A stretch of DNA of 64,000 nt from an uncultured Clostridia bacterium (GCA_947631465.1 CANRLK010000003.1:701-64700), one strand, 5' to 3'. Counted from the stretch's first letter, positions 24,868 through 34,701 are shown. Notes: generated by a model not told the origin, from the letters alone. Program-made: numbers and translations.

Positions 24868-25803
24868 TCATGCCTTGTTTGCCGAGCCGAGCACATCGCA
24901 GATCTTGTGCTTGACCATTTCCTTCATCGAGGCGCGGGCGTCGGTCAGGTATTGGCGCGGGTCGAAGTGGGAGGGATTTTCCGCGAGGTGCTTGCGGACG
25001 GCTGCGGTGAAGGCGACGCGGAGGTCGGAGTCGATGTTGACCTTGCAGACGGCGAGCTTCACGGCTTTTTTGAGTTCGCTCTCGGGAATGCCGATTGCGT
25101 TGGGCATATCGCCGCCGAATTGGTTGACGATGGCGACTTTGTCCTGCGGCACCGAGGACGCGCCGTGCAAGACGATGGGAAAGCCGGGAAGGCGGCGACC
25201 GATCTCTTCGAGAATGTCGATGCGGAGTTTGGGGTCCTGTCCCGGCTTGAACTTATAGGCGCCGTGCGACGTGCCGATCGCGATCGCGAGGGAGTCGATC
25301 CCCGTGCGCTCGGTAAATTCCTGAACTTCGTCGGGCGAGGTGAAGAGCGCGTCTTTCGAGGCGACCTTGACGTCGTCCTCAATGCCTGCGAGCTTTCCGA
25401 GTTCCGCTTCGACGACGACCCCGCGCGCGTGCGCGTACTCGACGACTTCGCGCGTCGTCTTGATATTTTCTTCCCAAGGCTTGGACGAGGCGTCGATCAT
25501 GACGGACGTGAAGCCGTTTTCGATGGAATCCTTGCAGATCTCGAAATCCGCGCCGTGGTCGAGGTGCATGGCGACGGGGATATGGGTGGTTTCGACGGCA
25601 GCCGCCACGAGGTGGCGAAGATAGACGGGGTTCGCGTATTTGCGCGCGCCCGCGGAGACCTGTAAGATGACGGGCGAGCTGCATTCTTCCGCCGCTTCGA
25701 CGATCGCCTGGATCGTCTCCATGTTGTTGACGTTGAATGCGCCGATCGCATATCCGCCTTCATAGGCTTTTTTGAACATTTCCGTGGTTGTGACTAAGGG
25801 CAT
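24868..25803 (-). CDS. fba: Class II fructose-1,6-bisphosphate aldolase
   Basis: It starts MPLVTTTEMFKKAYEGGYAIGAFNVNN and contains HLDHG. The tracked ORF runs 18 codons further upstream. Confidence 0.97.
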   Translation of the reverse strand: MPLVTTTEMFKKAYEGGYAIGAFNVNNMETIQAIVEAAEECSSPVILQVSAGARKYANPVYLRHLVAAAVETTHIPVAMHLDHGADFEICKDSIENGFTSVMIDASSKPWEENIKTTREVVEYAHARGVVVEAELGKLAGIEDDVKVASKDALFTSPDEVQEFTERTGIDSLAIAIGTSHGAYKFKPGQDPKLRIDILEEIGRRLPGFPIVLHGASSVPQDKVAIVNQFGGDMPNAIGIPESELKKAVKLAVCKVNIDSDLRVAFTAAVRKHLAENPSHFDPRQYLTDARASMKEMVKHKICDVLGSANKA

Positions 25804-26039
25804 GGTATCCTCCGATGGGTTTTTCTTCATTATAGCGCATTTCGAGAAAAAATACAAGAAAAGCGCGATAGATTTTTCAAAAGAACAAATCGGGAAAGAA
25901 AGCGAAAATTCGCCGCAAACATCGTTGTTTCGCGGGGCGGAGATGATAAAATACAGGATACTTTCCCCGCGGCACGCAAATAAAAAACGCTATTGGACAG
26001 GCGTGCCGCAAACGGGGGAGAGGAAAGGAGATCAATTTT

Positions 26040-29000
26040 ATGAAAGTCATCAAAAGAACATTTTTGACGGCGGCTGTCACCCTGCTTGCGGCGGTATTGT
26101 GCCTGTTCGTGACGGGCATCGTGCTTGCGGCGTGCAGCGACAAGGTGACGCTGCGCTTCGTGACCAACGGCGGCACGGAGCTCGAATCGGTGGAGGGCGC
26201 GGTCGGCACTGCCTATCGCGTGCCGCAAGACCCCGAAAAAGAGGGCTACTTCTTCGACGGGTGGTACTTGCAGAGCGATTTCTCGGGTGAGCGGCAGGAA
26301 CTCCCCGACAAAATGCCAGACAAAAGCATTACATACTATGCAAAATATGTGCCTTATGCCTATCTCACCCTCGACCCTTCGGGCGGGACGCTGAGCGTCA
26401 CAGAGCATAAGATCAAGCCCGACACCTGCCTTTCGGAATACCTTCAAGATTTTGTTCCCCAAAAAGAGGGGCTCATCTTCGGCGGCTGGCTCAAAGACGG
26501 GACGCTGCTATCAAGCGATGCGCGCATGCCCGAGGGAAGCCTCACTTTGAAGGCAAAATACAAGGCGAACTTCGAGGTCAACGTCTATGTGCAAGACCCC
26601 GACAGCCCCGAAGAATTCCGAAAGAGCGAGAAATGGAGCAAGGCGGGCGAAGAATGGGAGGGGACGACCCTTCAAGCGGAGCTTCCGACGGACGAACATC
26701 TCTTCCTCGACCCCGAAAAGCAGGCGGTCTATCAAAAGACCCTTTCGGCGGGCGAGAATGTGTTGGAGTTCTATTATCTGCGCGAAGCGGCGAGCATCGG
26801 CTTTTCCGTCCGCATGCGGGACGGGACGGTCAAGACTAAACAGGTGCAGACGCTCTTCGGCGCGCATGTCGATCTTTGGGAAGGACCTGAGGCGGACGCG
26901 GGGTATCTTCTCTACGGCTGGGCGGAAAGCGAGGACGGGAGCGCGAAGTTTTTGCCGCTCGAACAGCTCACGGTCGGGCAAAAGGAGATCAGTCTCTTCG
27001 GAACTTGGGCGAGAAAGTACGAAGACCCCAAGCGCGGCGGGTATTTTGCCGTCGAGGAACTGAAAAAGGACGGAAAGCAAAGTGCGAGATATGTCTCAAA
27101 AGACGGCGGGTATGAAGCGGGCGTGTTCGATGAGACGAGCGGCGTGTTCTCCGCGAAAGAGCATGGGGGCAAGCTCGACGGGCACGGATATTTCTTGGCG
27201 GACGATTCGGGCGTTTACCGCGGATTCGACCTTGCCGCCAACGAGGCGAGCGCGGAAAAGTACGGCGAGCTTTCGCTTGATTTTGCAAACGGCACGGCGG
27301 TCCTTTCCCAAAACGGGGAAAAGACCGAGGGCAGTTATGACTTCTTGTGGGACGATTCCTTAAATCGCTATCTCGGGGTGTATCGGTTTGCGTCGCCAAG
27401 CGGCGAGAGATTCGACTTCGCCCTCAATGAGGAAAAGACGACCTTCTGCCGCGAGGGGAAGGAAAAGGGAGAATATTTCCGCTATGAAAACGGCGGGCGT
27501 TCGGCGTTTGATTCCCTCATGCTCGACGGCTACGGAAACGCGGTGTTCGCCGATCGGGGCGAGAGAATCGAGGGCAGTTATTTCGGCGCGGGAAAGGAGA
27601 GCGAGTGGCAGTTCGTCTCCGAACAGACGTCGTTCCGCTTCCTTGCGGGCACAAGGACGTATGCGGCAGGCGGCGAGATCGTCGCAAGCGAAAAAGGATA
27701 CCTTGTGTACAGCGGAGAACTTGCGGGGACGTATTCGGGCGCGGGAACGCTTTCCCTCGACGGCTATGGGCTTTGCGGCGAGTATACCGATCAAAACGGG
27801 CAAAAAACCGTCGGCAGTTTTTCCCGCGAGGGCGCGGTCATTTGCTTCGAAGAGAGCGGGCTGTGCTTCACGTTGAAGGGCAACGCGTTCTTTGTCACGG
27901 GAAAAGAGGCGGGAAGCTATGTCGGCGAGCGCGGGATGCTCACCCTCGACGGCTGCGGACAGGCGAGCTTGAAGAGCGGGGACAAGCTCCTCTCGGGCGA
28001 GTATTTGCGCGGCGCAGAGGGCGGCTTCACCCTGCGCATCTTCCAAGGGGAAGAGCTCAGATTCAAGCTCTTCGGGGATACATATCGGGTTTTCAACGCG
28101 GCGATCTTCGGAACTTTCGAGGGACGGTACAGCGAACGGCTCAGTCTCGACGGCTTCGGCGAGGGTGTGTATACGACGGCGGAAGAGATGACGCTGCCCG
28201 TCACGGTCGGGTATTTCGCCGACGGATTCTTGGAACTCACTTCGCCCAATTGGAACATGCCGCACTATTTCAAGCTGCTCTCGGTCAATAAGATGAAACA
28301 GCCCTCCGACTTCTATGTCGGCGTATACCGCGTCCTGGGCGAGGACGGCGGGGAAACGGCGGTGCTCGTCCTCGACGAGGGCAAGACCGCGCGCCGCTAT
28401 GATGGCGTTTCTTCCAAGACGGGGTCATATCTCGAAGGAACGGACGGCACGGTCAAGTGCTTCTTCGAGGGCGAGGAGACGGGGTATCTCCTCACCCAAA
28501 AGAACGGCAGGGCGGTCGCGATCGAGTCCAAGGGCACGGGAACTTACCAGAGCGGCGCAAACACCCTCACCCTCGACGGCTATGAGCGGGCAACCTATCG
28601 CTTTTCAAATCAAAAGATCGAGGGAAATTATCTGTTCGTCGGCGGGGCGTTGGAGCTGTATACGGAAAGCGGACTTTGGCGGTTTGTGTTAAGCGGAAAT
28701 TCGATCGAGCGCGTCTCGTACTTCGAAGGATATGACGGCGAGCGCGGGAAATTATATCTCGAACAAAACGGGACAACGGCTCTTTTCAAGGGCGAAAAAC
28801 AAGAGACGGGGAGCTATCAAGCGGTCGAGAACGGCGGGAAGAGCTACTTCGTCTATGCGGGCGGGGAGGAGTTCCCCTTCAAGGTCAAGGACGGGAAGTT
28901 CCGCGTCTATGATGAGAGCAAGGAAGCGGTGTTAAAGACCGCGGAAGGGGGGACGCTCACCCTCGACGGCTGCGGCGGCGCGGTGTTTGCGTACAGCGGC

Positions 29001-29543
29001 ATCCGCGCGGAGGGAGAAGTCTCCTTCGGCGACGACGGGCTCATCCTCTTCGAGTCGGAGAACCTCGAATCGCTCAGCGGCGTTCGGGCGTTCCGCGTCC
29101 TTTCGAGCGGCATGATCGCCCTTCTCGGGTCGGAGTACGGGACATATCATGCGGGCAGAGAGACCCTCTTTTTGGACGGAGAGGGCGGCGCGGTCTTTGA
29201 AGGCGTTCACGGCAGCTACCGATCGGCGGGCGAACGGGAGTTCGTATTCACGGGCGGCGGCAAGGACATTCGTATTCGTGTCAATGCGGGGACGTTTGAA
29301 AAATATTCGGAAGCGCTCGAACGGTTCTCGGGCAGCTATGAGACGGACTTGGGACAGATCGCGATCGACGGCTTTGGCGTAAAACTTCAAAGAGAGGGCA
29401 AGACGGTGCGCCTCGAAACCGTCTGCGTTTGTGACGGGCTGGTCGTCATAAGAGACGATCTCGGCGCGCTTTGGGGGATCGAGATCGGAGCGCGCGCGGA
29501 GGCGTTCCGCGTCGAAAGCGGATTTTTCAGGAGCGCGAAGTAA
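26040..29543 (+). CDS. Large lipoprotein (1167 aa): flg_new repeats plus about 11 copies of an uncharacterised module
   Basis: It has a signal peptide and the lipobox VLAAC. Listeria-Bacteroides-type repeats are present (VTLRFVTNGG...GYFFDGWY). The motif L-x-LDG-x-G...G-x-Y then recurs. Confidence 0.9.
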   Translation: MKVIKRTFLTAAVTLLAAVLCLFVTGIVLAACSDKVTLRFVTNGGTELESVEGAVGTAYRVPQDPEKEGYFFDGWYLQSDFSGERQELPDKMPDKSITYYAKYVPYAYLTLDPSGGTLSVTEHKIKPDTCLSEYLQDFVPQKEGLIFGGWLKDGTLLSSDARMPEGSLTLKAKYKANFEVNVYVQDPDSPEEFRKSEKWSKAGEEWEGTTLQAELPTDEHLFLDPEKQAVYQKTLSAGENVLEFYYLREAASIGFSVRMRDGTVKTKQVQTLFGAHVDLWEGPEADAGYLLYGWAESEDGSAKFLPLEQLTVGQKEISLFGTWARKYEDPKRGGYFAVEELKKDGKQSARYVSKDGGYEAGVFDETSGVFSAKEHGGKLDGHGYFLADDSGVYRGFDLAANEASAEKYGELSLDFANGTAVLSQNGEKTEGSYDFLWDDSLNRYLGVYRFASPSGERFDFALNEEKTTFCREGKEKGEYFRYENGGRSAFDSLMLDGYGNAVFADRGERIEGSYFGAGKESEWQFVSEQTSFRFLAGTRTYAAGGEIVASEKGYLVYSGELAGTYSGAGTLSLDGYGLCGEYTDQNGQKTVGSFSREGAVICFEESGLCFTLKGNAFFVTGKEAGSYVGERGMLTLDGCGQASLKSGDKLLSGEYLRGAEGGFTLRIFQGEELRFKLFGDTYRVFNAAIFGTFEGRYSERLSLDGFGEGVYTTAEEMTLPVTVGYFADGFLELTSPNWNMPHYFKLLSVNKMKQPSDFYVGVYRVLGEDGGETAVLVLDEGKTARRYDGVSSKTGSYLEGTDGTVKCFFEGEETGYLLTQKNGRAVAIESKGTGTYQSGANTLTLDGYERATYRFSNQKIEGNYLFVGGALELYTESGLWRFVLSGNSIERVSYFEGYDGERGKLYLEQNGTTALFKGEKQETGSYQAVENGGKSYFVYAGGEEFPFKVKDGKFRVYDESKEAVLKTAEGGTLTLDGCGGAVFAYSGIRAEGEVSFGDDGLILFESENLESLSGVRAFRVLSSGMIALLGSEYGTYHAGRETLFLDGEGGAVFEGVHGSYRSAGEREFVFTGGGKDIRIRVNAGTFEKYSEALERFSGSYETDLGQIAIDGFGVKLQREGKTVRLETVCVCDGLVVIRDDLGALWGIEIGARAEAFRVESGFFRSAK

Positions 29544-29568
29544 GGGGAGATCGCCCGAAAAGGTTTTT

Positions 29569-29609
29569 GCGCCGCCGCCCGAAGCGGGCGGCGGCGCATG
29601 ATTTTTTCC
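29569..29609 (+). terminator. Intrinsic terminator
   Basis: GCGCCGCCGCCC-gaagc-GGGCGGCGGCGC is followed by ATGATTTTTTCC. Confidence 0.85.
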
Positions 29610-29721
29610 ATCTTTTGCGATCGGACGCAAATTTTCACCGTGGAAAGCGTAATCTCTCTTGCTTTTTTTCGCAGATTGGTTTATAATGGAAACGATTTCA
29701 CCCAAAGAGTTGGAAAGAGAA

Positions 29722-30717
29722 ATGGAACGAAACGTCGTCTACTCGGCGGTACAGCCGAGCGGCATCCCGACGATCGGGAATTATATCGGGTCGGTGCGCA
29801 ATTGGCTCGCTTTGCAGGAGGAATACGCCTGCTATTTTGCGATGGCGAACATGCACGCGATCACCGTCCGCCACGACCCCGCCCTGCTTCGCCGCCGCAC
29901 GTTGGAGCTTTGCGCGCTCTACATCGCCTGCGGCATCGACCCCGAAAAATGCACCCTCTATGTGCAGTCGCAAGTCCCCCAGCATGCGGAACTTTGCTGG
30001 ACGCTCAATTCCGTCGCCTATGTCGGCGAGATGGAGCGCATGACGCAGTTCAAGGACAAGTCGAGAAAGCACGAGGACAACATCAACATGGGGCTTATGG
30101 ACTATCCCGTACTCATGGCGGCGGACATTCTGCTCTATCAGACCGATCTCGTCCCCGTGGGACAGGACCAGACCCAGCACGTCGAGATCGCGCGGGACAT
30201 CGCGATCCGCTTCAATAACCGCTACGGGGAGACTTTTCGCGTTCCGAAAACGCTCGTTTATAAGCAGGGCGCGAAGATCTGTTCCCTGCAAGACCCGACA
30301 AAAAAGATGAGCAAGTCCGACGAAAACCCCAACGCCTGCGTGTTCATGACGGACGACCGCGATACGATCATCCGAAAATTCAAGCGCGCCGTCACCGACA
30401 GCGGCAGTGAGATCAACTTTTCGGAGGACAAGCCCGGGATTTCCAATCTTCTTTCGATTTACTGCGCGTTCAAAAACCGCACGGCGGAGGAAGCGGAGCG
30501 GGAATTTGAAGGCATGGGGTATGGAGATTTCAAGCTCTGCGTCGGCGAAACGGTCGCGGACGCGCTTGCCCCCGTGCAGGCGGAGCAAACGCGCATCCTT
30601 GCGGACAAGGAATATTTGAGCGGGGTCTTGGCCCGCGGGGCGGAACAGGCATTCCGCGCCGCGAGAAAGACGCTCGACAAGGTCTACCGCAAGATCGGCT
30701 TTTATCGGGGAGAATAA
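29722..30717 (+). CDS. trpS: Tryptophan--tRNA ligase
   Basis: It carries QPSGIPTIGNYIG and KMSKSD. I prefer the start at 29722 because TATAAT (29682-29687) overlaps the alternative ATG at 29686. Confidence 0.93.
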   Translation: MERNVVYSAVQPSGIPTIGNYIGSVRNWLALQEEYACYFAMANMHAITVRHDPALLRRRTLELCALYIACGIDPEKCTLYVQSQVPQHAELCWTLNSVAYVGEMERMTQFKDKSRKHEDNINMGLMDYPVLMAADILLYQTDLVPVGQDQTQHVEIARDIAIRFNNRYGETFRVPKTLVYKQGAKICSLQDPTKKMSKSDENPNACVFMTDDRDTIIRKFKRAVTDSGSEINFSEDKPGISNLLSIYCAFKNRTAEEAEREFEGMGYGDFKLCVGETVADALAPVQAEQTRILADKEYLSGVLARGAEQAFRAARKTLDKVYRKIGFYRGE

Positions 30718-31583
30718 TGTTCGGCTACGTTCGCTATGACATCCCCAATCTCTTTGTGAAGGACCTCATGCTCTACAAAGCGCTCTACTGCGGACTTTGC
30801 AAGGGCATCGGAAAGAGCTGCGGACAGGTGGCGCGCATCGGGCTTTCCTATGACGTCACCTTTCTCTCCGCGCTCCTTCACAACATGACGGGCACGGACG
30901 TCGTCATTGAAAAGCAGAACTGTTTCGAGCATGCGATCAGAAAGCGTCCGATTGCGAAGGCGGACGAGCTGACGATGGAGCTCGGCGCGCTCAATACCCT
31001 GCTTGTGTATTTCAAGCTCACGGACGATCTTCTCGACGGCGAGAGAAAGCGGGGCAAGCGGCTGTGGTTCAAGACGGGGTTCAAGCGGGTCAAGAAGAAG
31101 TATCCGAAGCTTTTGGAGCTCGTCGAAGGGTATATGAAGGAGCAGGCGGCGGTCGAAAAGAGCGCGCCCCCCTCGCCCGACAGGGCGGCAGAGCCGAGCG
31201 CGTGCATGATGCAAGCGCTGTCCCGTCATTTTTTGAAGGAAAAGGCGTGCGAAGGAAGCGACAAGCTGTTCTATTCCGTGGGAAAGTGGGTATATTTGAT
31301 TGACGCCCTCGACGACTTCGACAAGGACAAAAAGAAGGGAAATTATAACCCGTTTGTCGCATCCTATCGGGAGGAGAGCCGCGAGGCGCTCATGAAGGCG
31401 CACGGGGAAGAGATCGCGTTTTTGTTCGATACCCTGTTCTTTGCGATGAGAGAGGGACTTTCGGACGTGAAGTTTTATTTCAACCGCGACCTTACGGACA
31501 ACGTCATCTTGCGGGGGATCCCGATCGAGACGCGGCGGGTCATGCGGGGCGACCCGCCCGAGAAGATGACCGTCCGCATATAG
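30717..31583 (+). CDS. DUF5685-like protein (family recalled from memory, unverified) with two Asp-rich motifs
   Basis: It starts MFGYVRYD...YCGLCK. It contains LTDDLLDGERKRG and IDALDDFDKD. The start shares one nucleotide with the trpS stop (TAATG). Confidence 0.75.
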   Translation: MFGYVRYDIPNLFVKDLMLYKALYCGLCKGIGKSCGQVARIGLSYDVTFLSALLHNMTGTDVVIEKQNCFEHAIRKRPIAKADELTMELGALNTLLVYFKLTDDLLDGERKRGKRLWFKTGFKRVKKKYPKLLELVEGYMKEQAAVEKSAPPSPDRAAEPSACMMQALSRHFLKEKACEGSDKLFYSVGKWVYLIDALDDFDKDKKKGNYNPFVASYREESREALMKAHGEEIAFLFDTLFFAMREGLSDVKFYFNRDLTDNVILRGIPIETRRVMRGDPPEKMTVRI

Positions 31584-31605
31584 AAAGCGAAAAAAAGAGG
31601 AAGAT

Positions 31606-32214
31606 ATGAATCACGAAAACTATGAAATTCTGAATTTGCCCGAGAGCGCGACGGACGAAGAGATCAAGACGCGCTACGAGGAGCTCAAAAAGAAGTACGG
31701 GGAAGAGCGCTGGCTGGAAGGCGAAGCGGGCAACAAGGCGGCGCGGATGCTCGAAAAGCTCGACGCGGCGTACGAGGAGATCATGCGCGAGCGCAAGGAG
31801 TCCCGCCGCAACACCGAGGGCGCGAATGCGTTCGAGGAAGTGTCCGAGCTCATCAAGAAGGGGGACATTTCGGGCGCGCAGGAAAAGCTCGATTCCTTCA
31901 ACGAGCGCAGTGCGGAATGGCATTATTTGCAGTCCGTCGTCTTTTTCCGCAAGAATTGGATCAGCGAGAGCAAGAAGCAGCTCGAAATCGCCATGCAGAT
32001 GGACGGCGGCAACGCCAAATACCGCGAGGCATATGAAAAGCTCAGATCCCGCGCCGAATATACGCAGCAGACGGGCGGCGCGCCCAACACCAATCCCAAC
32101 CCCGCTTCGAGCGACGAGCAGATGGGCGGCAATTTCTGTGCCAATTGCGCAAGTTTTTGCTATACCTTCCTTTGCGTGAATTGCCTCTTCAATCTCTGCT
32201 GCAATTGTAGGTAA
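31606..32214 (+). CDS. J-domain-like protein lacking HPD, with a C-terminal cysteine string
   Basis: NYEILNLPESATDEEIKTRYEELKKKY is J-helix-like, but GEE replaces HPD. The last 26 residues, FCANCASFCYTFLCVNCLFNLCCNCR, hold 8 Cys. Confidence 0.8.
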   Translation: MNHENYEILNLPESATDEEIKTRYEELKKKYGEERWLEGEAGNKAARMLEKLDAAYEEIMRERKESRRNTEGANAFEEVSELIKKGDISGAQEKLDSFNERSAEWHYLQSVVFFRKNWISESKKQLEIAMQMDGGNAKYREAYEKLRSRAEYTQQTGGAPNTNPNPASSDEQMGGNFCANCASFCYTFLCVNCLFNLCCNCR

Positions 32215-32215
32215 G

Positions 32216-32746
32216 ATGAAAAAGCCGACAAAATCATTTGAGATCGCGCTCTCTGCGATCGCCTGCGCCTTTGCGGCGGGATTTTTGATGCTCGGCACCG
32301 TCAATCCGTTTTTACTTGCGACGGGGTATCTTGTGGCGTCCTTTTCGGTCATGATCCCCCTCTCGCAGGGTTTTTTGTTCGGGAGTCTGCTCTGCTATGC
32401 GGCGGCGGGGCTCTTGGCGCTTCCGTTGGGACTTTGGAAGATCGTCCCTTACGCGGTCTTTTTCGGACTGCACCCGATCGTCAACTATTTGCAGAAAAAA
32501 CACGTCAAAAAACTCATCTGGAACGGCGCGGTCGAGGTCTTTAAGACGGTCTGGTTCGTGCTTGCGATGTGGCTTTCCTACTTTATTTTGAAGTCGTTCG
32601 CGGGCTTTACGTTTCCCGAGCGCTTGGAGCAGTACCTCTATCTCGTCCTCTTTCTCGGCGGGACGGTGTTCTTTGCCGCATACGACTTTATGATCTTCCG
32701 CTGCCAGCGTTCCGCGGACATTGTCATCAAACGCATCAGGAGATAG
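32216..32746 (+). CDS. Polytopic membrane protein (176 aa), unknown family
   Basis: It has 5-6 hydrophobic segments. It starts 1 nt after the upstream stop codon. Confidence 0.65.
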   Translation: MKKPTKSFEIALSAIACAFAAGFLMLGTVNPFLLATGYLVASFSVMIPLSQGFLFGSLLCYAAAGLLALPLGLWKIVPYAVFFGLHPIVNYLQKKHVKKLIWNGAVEVFKTVWFVLAMWLSYFILKSFAGFTFPERLEQYLYLVLFLGGTVFFAAYDFMIFRCQRSADIVIKRIRR

Positions 32747-32749
32747 AGC

Positions 32750-34165
32750 ATGGACAAAAACGAGATCATCATCGGCTGTGCCGAGGCGCTCGGCACGAGC
32801 GGAGAGGGGATCGTGAAACAGGACGGCATGACCGTGTTCGTCCCCTATCTTCTTCCGGGGGAGCGCGCCAAGATCAAGATCCTTCAAGTGAAGGGCAGCA
32901 TCGCCTACGGACGGGCATTGGAGATCTTCACGCCTGCCGAGGAGCGCGTCCGTCCCGTCTGTCCCGTGTTCGGACGGTGCGGGGGATGCCAATTGCAGCA
33001 TTTGCGCTATGTCGACCAGCTCCGCTTCAAGACGGCGGTCGTCCGCGAAGCGCTCAGAAAGATCGGCGGGATCGTGACGGACGTCAGCCCTTGCGAAAAG
33101 AGCGAGAAGGAATTTTCTTACCGCAATAAATTGCAGCTTCCCATCGGCAAGGTCGGCGGGGAGAACGTGCTCGGCTTTTATGCCGCGCGCTCGCACAGGA
33201 TCGTCCCCGTCAAAAACTGTCCCATCCACCCGAAATGGACGGAAAAACTCATTGCGGCGGTCGAGGCGTTCATGAAGAATAACCGCGTCGACGGCTTCGA
33301 CGAAATGACGCTCGAAGGGACGCTTCGGCATATCGTCGTTCGGGAGATCAAGAAAAAATACATCGTCACCCTCGTTTCGGCGAAGAAAACCGTTCCGCAC
33401 ATCGAAGAGTTCGCCAAACTGCTCGACAAGGTCTTTCCCGAGTACAGCCTGTATGTGAATTTTCATCCCGAGAACAACAACGTCATCTTCGGCGAGGAAT
33501 TTACGCTCGTCAAGGGCGCGGGCAGCTATGAGGGCGAGGAATGCGGCATACGCTACGAGGCGGGCGCGAACACCTTCTTGCAGGTCAACGAATGGGTGCG
33601 GAAAAAACTGTATGAAGAGGCAGTCTCGCTCACCTCGGAAGAGGATACCGTCATCGACTGCTATGCGGGCGGCGGACTCTTGACTGCCATGTTCGCAAAA
33701 AAATGCAAAAAGGCATACGGGATCGAGATCGTCCCCGAGGCAAGCGCCTGCGCCGACGCGCTCAAAGAGAAGAACGGCTTGGACGGGAAGATGGAGAATC
33801 TTTGCGGCGCGGTGGAAGAATTGTTGCCGCCGCTTTTGGAACGGGAGAAGGACGCCGTCGTCCTGCTCGACCCGCCGCGCGCGGGGCTCGGAAAGGGGGT
33901 CGTCGAGGCGGTCAAGGCGGCAAACGCCGAGCGGGTGATCCTCATTTCTTGCAATCCCGCGACCCTCGCGCGCGATCTCGGGCTGTTTACGGGAAGCCTC
34001 AAAAAGAACGAAAAGGGGGAACTTCTCAAAGCCGAAGGGGGAGATTACGAGATCGAGCTCGTCCGCCCCTTCGATATGTTCCCGCAGACTAAGCACGTCG
34101 AAACGCTCGTCGCATTGAAAAAACGGCGCGCGGGCGGCGATGATCAAATTGACAAAAATTTTTAA
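32750..34165 (+). CDS. rlmD: 23S rRNA (uracil-5)-methyltransferase, RlmD/RumA family
   Basis: It has a TRAM domain, the Fe-S cluster motif CPVFGRCGGCQLQH and a SAM fold (DCYAGGG, LDPPRAG). Confidence 0.92.
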   Translation: MDKNEIIIGCAEALGTSGEGIVKQDGMTVFVPYLLPGERAKIKILQVKGSIAYGRALEIFTPAEERVRPVCPVFGRCGGCQLQHLRYVDQLRFKTAVVREALRKIGGIVTDVSPCEKSEKEFSYRNKLQLPIGKVGGENVLGFYAARSHRIVPVKNCPIHPKWTEKLIAAVEAFMKNNRVDGFDEMTLEGTLRHIVVREIKKKYIVTLVSAKKTVPHIEEFAKLLDKVFPEYSLYVNFHPENNNVIFGEEFTLVKGAGSYEGEECGIRYEAGANTFLQVNEWVRKKLYEEAVSLTSEEDTVIDCYAGGGLLTAMFAKKCKKAYGIEIVPEASACADALKEKNGLDGKMENLCGAVEELLPPLLEREKDAVVLLDPPRAGLGKGVVEAVKAANAERVILISCNPATLARDLGLFTGSLKKNEKGELLKAEGGDYEIELVRPFDMFPQTKHVETLVALKKRRAGGDDQIDKNF

Positions 34166-34182
34166 CATAAGGAGATAAAAAT

Positions 34183-34701
34183 ATGTTGGACAAAAAAATT
34201 GCGGAAATGCTCAACGAGCAGATCAACAAAGAGCTGTACTCTGCGTACCTCTACCTCGACTTCGCGAACTACTACGCGGACGAGGGATTGGACGGTTTTG
34301 CGCATTGGTACGAAGTTCAGGCGCAGGAAGAGCGCGACCATGCGCTCATGTTCCGCCGTTATCTCTTGAATAACGGGCACAGGGTCACGTTCGGCGCGAT
34401 CGACCGTCCCGACAAGGTCTTTAAGGTTCATCTCGACCCCTTAAAGGCGGGCGCGGAGCACGAACGGTATGTGACGAAGCTCATCACCGAGATCTATCAC
34501 GAAGCCGCGGGACAGAAGGACTATCGCACCATGCAGTTCCTCGATTGGTTTATCAAGGAACAGGGCGAAGAGGAGACAAACGCCGACGACATGATCAAGA
34601 AATACACCCTCTTTGCGGGCGACGCGAAGGGGCTCTATGCGTTGAACCAAGAGTTGCTTGGGCGAGTTTACGCGCCTTCTACGACAGGACCGTCTGTATA
34701 A
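34183..34701 (+). CDS. ftnA: Non-haem ferritin
   Basis: It contains NEQINKELYSAYLYLDFANYY and the ferroxidase residues EERDHA. Confidence 0.92.
   Translation: MLDKKIAEMLNEQINKELYSAYLYLDFANYYADEGLDGFAHWYEVQAQEERDHALMFRRYLLNNGHRVTFGAIDRPDKVFKVHLDPLKAGAEHERYVTKLITEIYHEAAGQKDYRTMQFLDWFIKEQGEEETNADDMIKKYTLFAGDAKGLYALNQELLGRVYAPSTTGPSV

Noticed and set aside
29544-29721. A T-box leader upstream of trpS, and the ATG at 29686 as the trpS start.
   Set aside because: The gap is too short for a T-box. It holds only the upstream terminator and a TATAAT at 29682-29687. That -10 element overlaps the ATG at 29686, so the downstream ATG at 29722 (MERNVVYSAVQPSG) is the more plausible start.
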